From the NCBI GenBank assembly GCA_965652375.1, contig CBFGUO010000018.1, positions 29,343 through 93,342 of the forward strand: DNA of 64,000 bases. Reading direction: 5' to 3'. Shown piece by piece: positions 14,932 through 23,387 of this stretch. This stretch comes from an uncultured Opitutus sp. (GTDB lineage Bacteria; Verrucomicrobiota; Verrucomicrobiia; Opitutales; Opitutaceae). The notes under the pieces are model-generated. The model was not told where the DNA came from, ran no database searches, and saw only the letters and a list, made by a program, of their open reading frames with translations. A program made the position numbers and the translations under genes. Numbering within the stretch: position 1 is the first letter of the stretch; each line of letters starts with the position of its first letter.

Positions 14932-15873
14932 CTAGGCGGCCTGAGCCGAGGTATCTTCGATTGGCAGTTGGCGGGAATTGCATACGGCCGGTCGTCGCAA
15001 CACGCATTGCACGCTCGTTGTGGAGAGTTCTTCGTCGCTCATTTTTTGGAAGCGAGCACTCAAGTGCTTGCGGAAACCCGCCGGCATGGAGCCACGCGTG
15101 TTGCGATACTCGATGATTTCGAATCCGACGCGCTCAAAGTGAGGACGGATCTCGCACGAGCGCAAACGGTTCGTCAGCCCATCCGACCAGTTCTCATTTT
15201 CGGCCAGGAACGACCAAAAGTGGTGGTGTTTGCTCCCGTAGGCGCGGTGGTCAACGAGATCGATCAGATGAAATGCGACGCCGCCTGGTTTCAGGAGCTT
15301 GAACATGCGGTCGGCCGCCACGCCGAAGTCGAGAAAATGCTCCAATACTGCGCGAGACGTCATGATGTCGAACGATGCCTCGGCAAGCGCTGGACTGTGG
15401 ATGTCGGTCACACAATGCCGCATCGGTGTTCTGGCCACACCTGCCTTGAGGTTCCCAGCTTCCAAGGCGGCGAGATCGAACATGGCCAACCTCCGGAGGA
15501 ACTCTGCTCGAGGCAGATCACTCCAGTGCCAACGGTCGGGAAAAGCGAGGCAATCGCACAGAAGGTCGAAGAGCGCTTCCGCCGCGCGTTGTTCGGGGGC
15601 ATTTTCCAGGTCCAGCCCCAGCGTGCTTTCGGCGCCGTTGAGATACATCGCCGTGGAGATCCCGAACGGATGATACGTGCCGCAGCCGAGATCGCAGTAG
15701 TGTTTCCCGACGAGTGACACGAAGGGGGCGAGGTTGGAATACCCTTCGTAGGCCACCTCGTGAACTCGTCGCGGTGCGTGGCGCCATTCCGGTCGGGATC
15801 GAAGTTCACGGCGAAGGGCGGTGAATATGTTCTCCAGCTGGATCCAATGCATGGATTTGAGGTTCTGTGACAT
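14932..15873 (-). CDS. Class I SAM-dependent methyltransferase
   Basis: Motif I at YCDLGCGT, plus SRAVLEHF and LKPGGV. Confidence 0.75.
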   Translation of the reverse strand: MSQNLKSMHWIQLENIFTALRRELRSRPEWRHAPRRVHEVAYEGYSNLAPFVSLVGKHYCDLGCGTYHPFGISTAMYLNGAESTLGLDLENAPEQRAAEALFDLLCDCLAFPDRWHWSDLPRAEFLRRLAMFDLAALEAGNLKAGVARTPMRHCVTDIHSPALAEASFDIMTSRAVLEHFLDFGVAADRMFKLLKPGGVAFHLIDLVDHRAYGSKHHHFWSFLAENENWSDGLTNRLRSCEIRPHFERVGFEIIEYRNTRGSMPAGFRKHLSARFQKMSDEELSTTSVQCVLRRPAVCNSRQLPIEDTSAQAA

Positions 15874-15888
15874 GGAATGGTGGGTGGG

Positions 15889-17079
15889 TTAGGCGGCTTG
15901 TTTGAGATGGGCTGAGAGCTTGTCGGCCTGTTCCTTGATCAGTAGTGCACGGGTGGGATCGAGTGATCGCAGGTCGAGGAAAACCATCTTCAGGGTTTCC
16001 AGTAGAAAGTGCGGCTCCTTCAATCCGGCTGCGGCCTGTGCGAGCTTGAGAAGCAGATCGACTGCTTCCTCTCGGCGTCGCTGGCGGACGAGTTGCTTCG
16101 CCTGAGCCCGGGCCTGCTGGAGTTGTTGGCGGCAGAGGTCAAGGGGGGAGGGGGCGGGACGGACCAGCGCCGGCCAGATCTTCCGGAAGGCCTCCGGTGC
16201 GAGGCGGCAATCGGCCCCGATCAGGGCTTCGCCGGTTGTCACATCGGTGACGCCATCACGCGGTGCCGCGCGGAATCGTTGGAGGAAAGCCTCCTGTTTC
16301 TGCAACACCTCGTCGGCCAGCAACGCGTTGAGCCGGCCTGGATGCTGCGACCAAGTGGAATCGCGACTCAGTTGCTCGGCCCCGCGCTGCGGCTGGGTGC
16401 CGTGGACGGACAGGCGGGCGCCAAAGGCAAGGGCGTAGGGCACGTGGCTGCCCCAGCCGTTGGTCGTGACGCATTCAAACTGCTCAAACAGGACACGCAT
16501 ACGCACCAACGCGTGGCGGTCGTTGACCTGGGCGCCGTCCACGATGGCGAACCCATAGCGTGAAAATTCGTCGATCCACAGGCCGTTGCGGCGGCAGTCC
16601 GGGTGCACGCAAACGGCGATTTGGTCGAAATCGCCCGCGATGGCGTGGATCTCCTCTGCATAGCGGGCAAAGGCTGTGCGATCGGGGTAGGACTCCCCCG
16701 TCAGTGTGTGGGTCGGCATCACTAGCAGGCTCCGCGGCAAACGGGTGACGCCGGTCGGCCGGGTGTAGGTGATTGGCAAACCGATGGCCTGGGCCCGCTT
16801 GAATCCGGCGGCGCGCAGCAAGGCGGCTTGATCCGGCCGGCCGACCAACACCGGCCGATCCTGCGCCTGCGGGGCGTTGTAAACCAGCGGCTCCGCGGCG
16901 ACGCCGTGCCACGGGGCGAAACACCCGTGCTGCCAGATCGCGCCGATTTCGAAATGCTCCGGCAGCGTCATACCGGCGTAGGCCGCCGCGACGTGCAGGG
17001 CGCCGTAGTGATCGCTCCAGCCGTCCTCATGACGGCCGCGATGGGCGAAGGGAACAACGTCGGGCAGTTGGACGATCAT
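15889..17079 (-). CDS. Unknown enzyme-like protein (possible nucleotide-sugar transferase) with the shared C-terminal helical module
   Basis: 396 aa after trimming to MIVQLPDVVPF (a TGATG overlap with the upstream stop). The central region reads LLVMPTHT...QIAVCVHPDCRR...TTNGWGSHVPYAL. No family recognised. Confidence 0.6.
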   Translation of the reverse strand: MIVQLPDVVPFAHRGRHEDGWSDHYGALHVAAAYAGMTLPEHFEIGAIWQHGCFAPWHGVAAEPLVYNAPQAQDRPVLVGRPDQAALLRAAGFKRAQAIGLPITYTRPTGVTRLPRSLLVMPTHTLTGESYPDRTAFARYAEEIHAIAGDFDQIAVCVHPDCRRNGLWIDEFSRYGFAIVDGAQVNDRHALVRMRVLFEQFECVTTNGWGSHVPYALAFGARLSVHGTQPQRGAEQLSRDSTWSQHPGRLNALLADEVLQKQEAFLQRFRAAPRDGVTDVTTGEALIGADCRLAPEAFRKIWPALVRPAPSPLDLCRQQLQQARAQAKQLVRQRRREEAVDLLLKLAQAAAGLKEPHFLLETLKMVFLDLRSLDPTRALLIKEQADKLSAHLKQAA

Positions 17080-18002
17080 CAGGCGGCGGACGGGACAATG
17101 GCGTTGGCGACCACGGCGTGCTCGGCGCGAAGCAGCGGAATGTCGCGAAGAACTGGATACGCCAGACCGGCGCCTGCGCTTACGTAGGCATCGGGGCCGG
17201 CGGTCACCGGGGTGCCGGTGAGGGGACACTGCCATGGCGACGCGGGAGCCGGGTTGGCGTGGCGCGGAGCCGGTTCGATGGTCACCACGCCACTGGGGTT
17301 GAGCGGGTTGGCCACATGCTCCAGCAGGCGCGGTTCACCGACGCGGGCGCCGAGGGATTGCGCCGTCGCCGCGAGATCGCGCACGTAACCGTGGGAGCGC
17401 ATGCGGGCCTGGGCTTCCGGCGGCGCGAGTTCGTAGATGGGTTCGACGAGCACGACGGCGCGGCGGGCCACCCGCAGCAGTTCACGCAGGGCCGCCTCCT
17501 CGCGGCCGCCATTGGGCTCGAGGGAATGCGAGGTATACACCACATCGATACTCTGGTCCGCGAACGGGAGCGTGAACAGGTCGCCGACGACCAGCCGGGC
17601 GTCGACCCCCTGTTCGCGCAGCCACGCCCGGCCGACGGAGCACCGGGACCAACTCAGGTCGAGACCGTGAACGGTGTCCGGTATCGCGGGGAGCTTATTC
17701 ACGACGCCAGCCAGGGTGGTGGCTTCGCCGCAACCGACTTCGAGCAGGGAGGCGCCGTTTTCCGCCCACGGCGCGAGCAGGTCGGCCAGTTGCCGGGTCC
17801 AACGTTCGGCGTAATCCGGATTGGCGCGCATGCCGGCGACGTAGGAGCCGGCCTGCAGGTCGTAGGCGACGAGGGTGGCGACCATGCTGTTGCTCCCGGC
17901 ACCGGTCGTCGCGCGAGCGAAGGCCATGGCGTTTTCGCCGCGTTGGTAGGCGGCGCGCATGCCGGTGATGAGGTGAGCGAGTTGGGGAGCGTCGGAAGTC
18001 AT
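17079..18002 (-). CDS. SAM-dependent methyltransferase fused to a C-terminal Trm112-like domain
   Basis: LLEVGCGEATTL motif I. The C-terminus reads WQCPLTGTPV...LAYPVLRDIPLL, a Trm112/UPF0434-like pattern. Confidence 0.75.
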   Translation of the reverse strand: MTSDAPQLAHLITGMRAAYQRGENAMAFARATTGAGSNSMVATLVAYDLQAGSYVAGMRANPDYAERWTRQLADLLAPWAENGASLLEVGCGEATTLAGVVNKLPAIPDTVHGLDLSWSRCSVGRAWLREQGVDARLVVGDLFTLPFADQSIDVVYTSHSLEPNGGREEAALRELLRVARRAVVLVEPIYELAPPEAQARMRSHGYVRDLAATAQSLGARVGEPRLLEHVANPLNPSGVVTIEPAPRHANPAPASPWQCPLTGTPVTAGPDAYVSAGAGLAYPVLRDIPLLRAEHAVVANAIVPSAA

Positions 18003-18020
18003 GGGAGGATGCGCGAACGG

Positions 18021-18701
18021 TTAGTTGATTTCCCGCACGAGTTGGTAGGCCTCGGCGGCGGGCAGGTGGGCGACGCTGCCCCAGCGCTGGGCGGCCGCAC
18101 GGATCACTGCCGGAGAGCGCGGATGTGGGAAGGGCTGCACCTCGCTCTCGTAGATGTTCATGGCGGCGATCTTCTTCTCGAGGTGGTCGGCGATGTTAAA
18201 GAACACCTGGGGCTGAAACCGTGGCTCAAACTGCTGAAAACTCCACTCGGTGGAGGAACCGACTTCGTAGGCGTAAACCCGTCGCACCGGACAACGGCCG
18301 GTGGGCCGGGTGGCGGTGAGCGTGGCGCGGAAGGTGATCACGTGATCCTGGTTCAGGTCGCCGCCGTGTTGGGTGAAGACGATTTCGGGCTGCACGCGCA
18401 CGATCTCACGCTCGATAGTCTGGGTCACGTCCAACAGTGGGACGGTGTCCATCTTCTGATCGGGATATCCCGCAAGTTGCACGCCCTGCGCGCCCAGCAG
18501 TGCGGCGGCGCGACGGCTGCGTTCATGGTGCACTTCAAGTTGGCCCGCGTCCCTGGCGGGATCGAAGTCCGCGCGCGAGGTCAGCCCATTGGCAAGAATG
18601 AGCACGTGGATGCTGGCGCCTTCGGCCGCCAGGCGGGCGATGGTGCCGCCGCAACCGAGGACTTCGTCGTCGGGGTGGGCTGCGATCACGAGCACGTTCA
18701 T
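18021..18701 (-). CDS. PIG-L/LmbE-family N-deacetylase
   Basis: MNVLVIAAHPDDEVLGCGG signature. The ORF-track start is trimmed, giving an ATGA overlap with the pseI stop. Confidence 0.8.
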   Translation of the reverse strand: MNVLVIAAHPDDEVLGCGGTIARLAAEGASIHVLILANGLTSRADFDPARDAGQLEVHHERSRRAAALLGAQGVQLAGYPDQKMDTVPLLDVTQTIEREIVRVQPEIVFTQHGGDLNQDHVITFRATLTATRPTGRCPVRRVYAYEVGSSTEWSFQQFEPRFQPQVFFNIADHLEKKIAAMNIYESEVQPFPHPRSPAVIRAAAQRWGSVAHLPAAEAYQLVREIN

Positions 18702-19786
18702 GCCGCGGCCTCCAGGTCGTTCCAGCTCAAGGGAGTGCCCCGCGGAAGGTCGCGGGTGGCGACCCGACCCAACACGGCGTCCCAATGGCGCGGCTCCAGG
18801 CCGTGGGCCGGCCGCACGATGCGCAGGTTGTCGGGGTTGAGCGGTTCACCGGCCTTGACGTCGCGCGCGACGAAGATCGAGCGGCGGAAACCCCGGTTGG
18901 CTTCCTCCTTCGGTGACAGCGCGTAGCTCACGTCCCCCAGGGCCTGCTCGGCGGTGCGCACCGCGTCGACCATGGCGCGGAACTCGGCCGGCTCGAGCGA
19001 GAAGGCGCGGTCCGGGCTGGGATCGAGGCGCGAGAGGGTGAAGTGTTTTTCAATGATGTTCGCGCCCAAGGCCACGGCGGCCACCGGGGCGGCGATGCCG
19101 AGCGAATGGTCAGACAGGCCGGCGACCACTTGATGGGTTTGGGCGAGATCCTGAATCGTCCGCAGGTTCATGGTGTGCACGGGCGCCGGATACGCACTGG
19201 TGCACTTGAGCAGCGCGAGCTGGCGGCCCCCAGCGTCGCGAAACGCGGCCACGGCCTCGGCGATCTCGGCGGGCGTCGCCATGCCGGTTGACATGATGAC
19301 GGGCTTGCCGGTGCGCGCGATCCGACGGATCAGCGGCAGATCGTTGGCCTCGAACGAGGCGATCTTGTGCGCCGGCACGTCCATGTCTTCGAGAAACTCG
19401 AGGGAACTGTCGTCGAACGGAGTCGAGAAACAGTGTAGCCCCAACGATTCCGCCAATGCCTTCAAACGCGGCTGCCAGTCCCAGGGGGTGTAGGCCTCGC
19501 CGTAAAGGTCATGCAGGTGACGCCCGGACCAAAGCGACTCGCCCTGGATCTCAAACAACGGACTGCGCACGTCGAGCGTCATGGTGTCGGCGGTATAGGT
19601 CTGCAGTTTGATAGCATCGGCGCCCGCATCCTTGGCCGCCCGCACGATGTCGGCCGCGCGCGTGAAGCTCTGGCCGTGGTTGCCGGACATTTCGGCAATG
19701 ATGTAGGTCGGCTGCCCCGGACCGATGGGGCGACCGGCGACTGCAAAGGAAGGGTCGCAGGCTGCGACGGGAGCGGTGCGCATCAT
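18698..19786 (-). CDS. pseI: Pseudaminic acid synthase (NeuB family)
   Basis: TYIIAEMSGNHGQS...DAIKLQTY NeuB core plus a C-terminal SAF domain (RSIFVARDVKAGEPL). Assigned to Pse because pseG and pseH are present. Confidence 0.85.
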   Translation of the reverse strand: MMRTAPVAACDPSFAVAGRPIGPGQPTYIIAEMSGNHGQSFTRAADIVRAAKDAGADAIKLQTYTADTMTLDVRSPLFEIQGESLWSGRHLHDLYGEAYTPWDWQPRLKALAESLGLHCFSTPFDDSSLEFLEDMDVPAHKIASFEANDLPLIRRIARTGKPVIMSTGMATPAEIAEAVAAFRDAGGRQLALLKCTSAYPAPVHTMNLRTIQDLAQTHQVVAGLSDHSLGIAAPVAAVALGANIIEKHFTLSRLDPSPDRAFSLEPAEFRAMVDAVRTAEQALGDVSYALSPKEEANRGFRRSIFVARDVKAGEPLNPDNLRIVRPAHGLEPRHWDAVLGRVATRDLPRGTPLSWNDLEAAA

Positions 19787-20505
19787 GGCGTGGCGTGGTT
19801 AAGGGGGACAATCCGCACCGAGGCGGTGAGTTGACCGCGGTGCAGGCGGGCTTGGGTGAATTCGAGCCGGACGTCACCGCGCTCGAGGAAGGCCGGCGGA
19901 TAACCTTCGGCGTCCAACATGCGGATGAAGTCGTAGAGCTCGCCGGCTGGCGCGTTCTCGGGCAGCGCGCTGTCCGCCGGGCGGCGCCGATGAAACACGG
20001 TCACGCGGCCGCGTTGCGCGCGCGGCGTGGGTTGGCGGGTGATCATCGTTTTGATCATGGTCGCGGCGAGTTCGGAGGCGCGCACGAGGATGTCCTGAGC
20101 GCTGCCCCGGAGGTCCAGGCGACGTTTCAAATAGACCGGCCCCGCGTCCATTTCGTCGGTCATGCGCAGGGCGGTCAGTCGGGTCTGGCGATGGCCGCGA
20201 AGAATGAGGTTCTGCAGCGGGCTTCCGCCGCGACCGTAGGGGACGTCGGTCATGTGGAAGCAGACACACTCGAACGCGCTGAAGATCTCGGCCGGCACCT
20301 TCCACGACCAGTGCAGGAAGAAGACGTAGCGCGGATTGATCCGGCCCAGGGCGGCGGGCGTGAGCCGATCCCGCCGAGCGATGAAATGCCAGCGGCCGCG
20401 CAACGTGGAGATGCGTTCGCGAAACACGGTGCGGTTCCACGGTTTGCAGCCGACGACGACGTAGGACGGGGCCGCCGCAGCGGTGGATTGGGTCTTCGAA
20501 CTCAT
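19783..20505 (-). CDS. Formyltransferase-fold (Fmt N-terminal domain-like) protein
   Basis: 240 aa: FFLHWSWKVP...CFHMTDVPYGRGGSPLQNLILRG...DEMDAGPV resembles the Fmt/PurN catalytic domain. 4-nt overlaps with both neighbours. Confidence 0.65.
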   Translation of the reverse strand: MSSKTQSTAAAAPSYVVVGCKPWNRTVFRERISTLRGRWHFIARRDRLTPAALGRINPRYVFFLHWSWKVPAEIFSAFECVCFHMTDVPYGRGGSPLQNLILRGHRQTRLTALRMTDEMDAGPVYLKRRLDLRGSAQDILVRASELAATMIKTMITRQPTPRAQRGRVTVFHRRRPADSALPENAPAGELYDFIRMLDAEGYPPAFLERGDVRLEFTQARLHRGQLTASVRIVPLNHATP

Positions 20506-21242
20506 GCGGTGCTCCCGGCGTCGATGGTGAGTTCGGTGCCGGTGACGCGGGCGGCGTCTCCGGAAAGTAAATATGCGACGCCGCCGGCGACGTCCTCGGT
20601 GCGGGCGAGCGTGCGCAGCGCGGAACGGCGTTCAATGGCGGCGAGCTTTTCGCCTTCGAGGCCGGCCGTCATGTCGGTCTGCATGTAGCCGGGCGAAACG
20701 GCGTTGACCGTGATGCCGGCGCGACCGACTTCGCGGGCGAGCGAGCGGGTGAAGCCGAGCAGGGCGGCCTTGCTCGCGCCGTAAACCGACAGGCCGCTGA
20801 AGCCAGTGGAACCGATGATGGAGGCGATGTTGATGACCCGTCCGGTGCGCTCGATGAGCATGGAGCGCAGGGCGTATTTGGTCAGGACGATCGTGCCGGT
20901 GACGTTGACCAGCATGATCTCAGCGATCTGGGAATCGTGCATCGTCGCCAACACGCCATCGTGGGCGATGGCGGCGTTGTTGACCAGGCCGTAGAGGGGA
21001 CCGTGGGCGTCGGTTACGCCCTTGACGAAGGGGTGCAACGAGGCGGTATCGGCCAGATCCAATGGCGCATAAACGACGCGGTCGGCGGACTCCGCGATGA
21101 AGGCCTCAAGCGGAGCGGTGATCTTTCGGCCGGCTGCAACAACCCGGTAACCGTCGGTCGCGAGCCGCCGCACCAGGGCCAGGCCGAGGCCGCGGGTGCC
21201 ACCGGTGACGAGGACAAGGCGTGTTTCGTCGGACGAGTTCAT
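20502..21242 (-). CDS. Short-chain dehydrogenase/reductase (FabG-like)
   Basis: VTGGTRGLGLAL, NNAA and YGASKAAL (YxxxK). Confidence 0.85.
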   Translation of the reverse strand: MNSSDETRLVLVTGGTRGLGLALVRRLATDGYRVVAAGRKITAPLEAFIAESADRVVYAPLDLADTASLHPFVKGVTDAHGPLYGLVNNAAIAHDGVLATMHDSQIAEIMLVNVTGTIVLTKYALRSMLIERTGRVINIASIIGSTGFSGLSVYGASKAALLGFTRSLAREVGRAGITVNAVSPGYMQTDMTAGLEGEKLAAIERRSALRTLARTEDVAGGVAYLLSGDAARVTGTELTIDAGSTA

Positions 21243-22561
21243 ACGCGCGCGAGTTTGCCGGCTGCGGTGACATCGAGGTCACCGGACCATTGAACGAAGG
21301 CAGGCACTTGGTAGGGCGCCAGGCGGGCCTTGCAGTGCGAGAGAATTGATTGTTTGAGGACCGCGCGGTCGGTGTCGGGCTGCGGCACCACGATCGCCTC
21401 AACCAAGGCGCCCATGATCGGGTTGCGGCGGGCCTGCACCTTCACCTGTTGGACGCCGGTGACCAAACGGATGCAGGACTCGACCTCTTCCGGATAAACT
21501 TTGTTGCCGCCGACATTGATGGCCCCGTTCGCCCGGCCGAGAAAGTGGACGCGATCGCCCTCAAGCTGGACGCGGTCGCCGGTGTTGATCCAACCGTCGC
21601 GATCCGCGAGCGCCTGGTTGGTGCCGAGGAAGCGCTGGACCGTCAGACGTGGGCGCAACCAGAGAATATTCTCCGCGTCGATCTGCAGCTCCACGCCGTT
21701 CGGCGGCTGCGTCAGGAATGCGGCCGGGAATCCGGCGCGGCCATCTGTGACCGAAAAACCGACCCCGGCTTCCGTCGACGCGTAGATATGCGTGATGCGG
21801 GCCGACGGATAACGTCGAGACAACAGGTCGAGAATCGTTGCGTCGGCAACCTCGCCCCCGAGTGTGATGCGGGTGAGAGGCCAGCGCTCGGCGCCTGGTG
21901 CCATCATCAAACGTCGCCATAGGGAAGGCGTGGCCGACAATCCATTGCAGCCCGCCGCGATCAGGCTGTTGAACGTGCGCTCGATCCCGGCGCTGCGATC
22001 GGTGAACACGAGTCGGGATCCACCCAACAGGGCCTGCAACAGCACCTGCAGTCCGGCGAAGCGGCTAAGTTCGTAGACGAGTCCCCAAATGAGGGCGTTG
22101 CCCTTGCCTGGGTCGGTGCGGACAGTGCGAGTGAGGGTGGTGAGCGTATGGGCGACGAGCTTGGGTTCGCCAGTGGTTCCGGAGGTCGGCACAATCCATT
22201 GCGTTTCGAAGCGGGCCGGTGAAACCACGACCGGACCGTATGCGGTCGGACCCGAAAGATCGTTGCGGTCGGTGATCAGTTGGTCGGTCGCGGCCAGCGG
22301 CAGATAGCGGTCCAGTTGTTCCTGGCTCCAACTTGCTGGCACCAGCAGCACCGACTCGCAGCGACCATCCGCCGCCAGCAGGGCAGTGGCCAGATTGTGG
22401 TCATCGCCAAAGGCCAGCGCGAGGCGCTGCCCGCGAATGTCGTCCTGCCACGTCCTCACGCTAGCGCGCACGTCGGCGACGGTTCGCCAGGCGGAACCAT
22501 CGTTCCACAGCGAATCGGCGTCAACGCGTTGCGAGAGAGCGTGAAGGAGAGGCGACATCAA
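21239..22561 (-). CDS. Adenylate-forming (AMP-dependent) acyl ligase
   Basis: IVPTSGTTGEPKLV AMP-binding motif, INTGDRV and INVGGNKVYPEEVE. Confidence 0.8.
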   Translation of the reverse strand: MMSPLLHALSQRVDADSLWNDGSAWRTVADVRASVRTWQDDIRGQRLALAFGDDHNLATALLAADGRCESVLLVPASWSQEQLDRYLPLAATDQLITDRNDLSGPTAYGPVVVSPARFETQWIVPTSGTTGEPKLVAHTLTTLTRTVRTDPGKGNALIWGLVYELSRFAGLQVLLQALLGGSRLVFTDRSAGIERTFNSLIAAGCNGLSATPSLWRRLMMAPGAERWPLTRITLGGEVADATILDLLSRRYPSARITHIYASTEAGVGFSVTDGRAGFPAAFLTQPPNGVELQIDAENILWLRPRLTVQRFLGTNQALADRDGWINTGDRVQLEGDRVHFLGRANGAINVGGNKVYPEEVESCIRLVTGVQQVKVQARRNPIMGALVEAIVVPQPDTDRAVLKQSILSHCKARLAPYQVPAFVQWSGDLDVTAAGKLARV

Positions 22562-22818
22562 GCGTGGGCGTGGGCGGAAAATTTTTCGTAGACGGCCACC
22601 AGCTCACCGAAGGTGCGTGGGTAGTAGGCGTCGGTCATGAGGATGAAGGGATCGTAGCCGAGCTCGCCCTCCAGCCGGGCGATGAGGACCGCGAAGCCGA
22701 GCGAATCGAGGCCGCTTTGCAGCAGCATCAGATCATCGGCGAAGGTGGTGGGAGACGGGGCGCCGGCCTCGGTGAGGGCTTCGGCGAACTGGTGCTCAAG
22801 AGTGGTGCGGATGTTCAT
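22558..22818 (-). CDS. Acyl carrier protein
   Basis: 86 aa after trimming. LQSGLDSLGFAVLIARLE carries a DSL phosphopantetheine-attachment motif. ATGA overlaps on both sides. Confidence 0.75.
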   Translation of the reverse strand: MNIRTTLEHQFAEALTEAGAPSPTTFADDLMLLQSGLDSLGFAVLIARLEGELGYDPFILMTDAYYPRTFGELVAVYEKFSAHAHA

Positions 22819-23387
22819 GATAAAACGGGTGTGGTGGAAGCGGTGAGCAGTTTCTGCAGGGCCGGCCGGATCCGGCCGCGCGCATCCCACCACTCTTCGG
22901 CCAGGACGGAGAGGCGGTGCACATCGACCCAGCTGCCGTCGCGGCGCGCGTGGCGACGTAGAATGCCTTCAAGCTGAAAGCCCATGCGAGCGTGCATACG
23001 CAGCGGGGCTTCGTTGCAGGCCATGACTTCACAGCTGACCTTTTGCAGTCCGAGCGCATCGAAGGCGTGGTCCAGCACCAGAGACTCGGCCGCAGCACCG
23101 ACGCCGCGCAGCCGCGCGCCGGGCACCGCGATATACATGCCAAAGTCGGCGCGCGCGTTTTCCAGATCGATGTCCGTCAGGTAGACCGAACCCACGGGTT
23201 GATCGTCCGCCGCGACGATCCAATGCCGCCGTGAGCGGTCAGTCGGCAGGCGATCAAGCCAGGCGACATGTCGCTCCCAGACCAAGGGGGCCTGCGAATA
23301 CATGTGGCGCGCCACGTCGGGCAACTGCCGCCAGTCGAACAAGCGCCGGGCATGAACCGCCGGATCGATGTCGAGCAACGTGACCAT
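22815..23387 (-). CDS. pseH: GNAT N-acetyltransferase PseH
   Basis: 190 aa after trimming: LFDWRQLPDVARHMYSQAPLVWERHVAWLDRL plus a GNAT core (VSCEVMACNEAPLRMHARMGF). Confidence 0.75.
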   Translation of the reverse strand: MVTLLDIDPAVHARRLFDWRQLPDVARHMYSQAPLVWERHVAWLDRLPTDRSRRHWIVAADDQPVGSVYLTDIDLENARADFGMYIAVPGARLRGVGAAAESLVLDHAFDALGLQKVSCEVMACNEAPLRMHARMGFQLEGILRRHARRDGSWVDVHRLSVLAEEWWDARGRIRPALQKLLTASTTPVLS

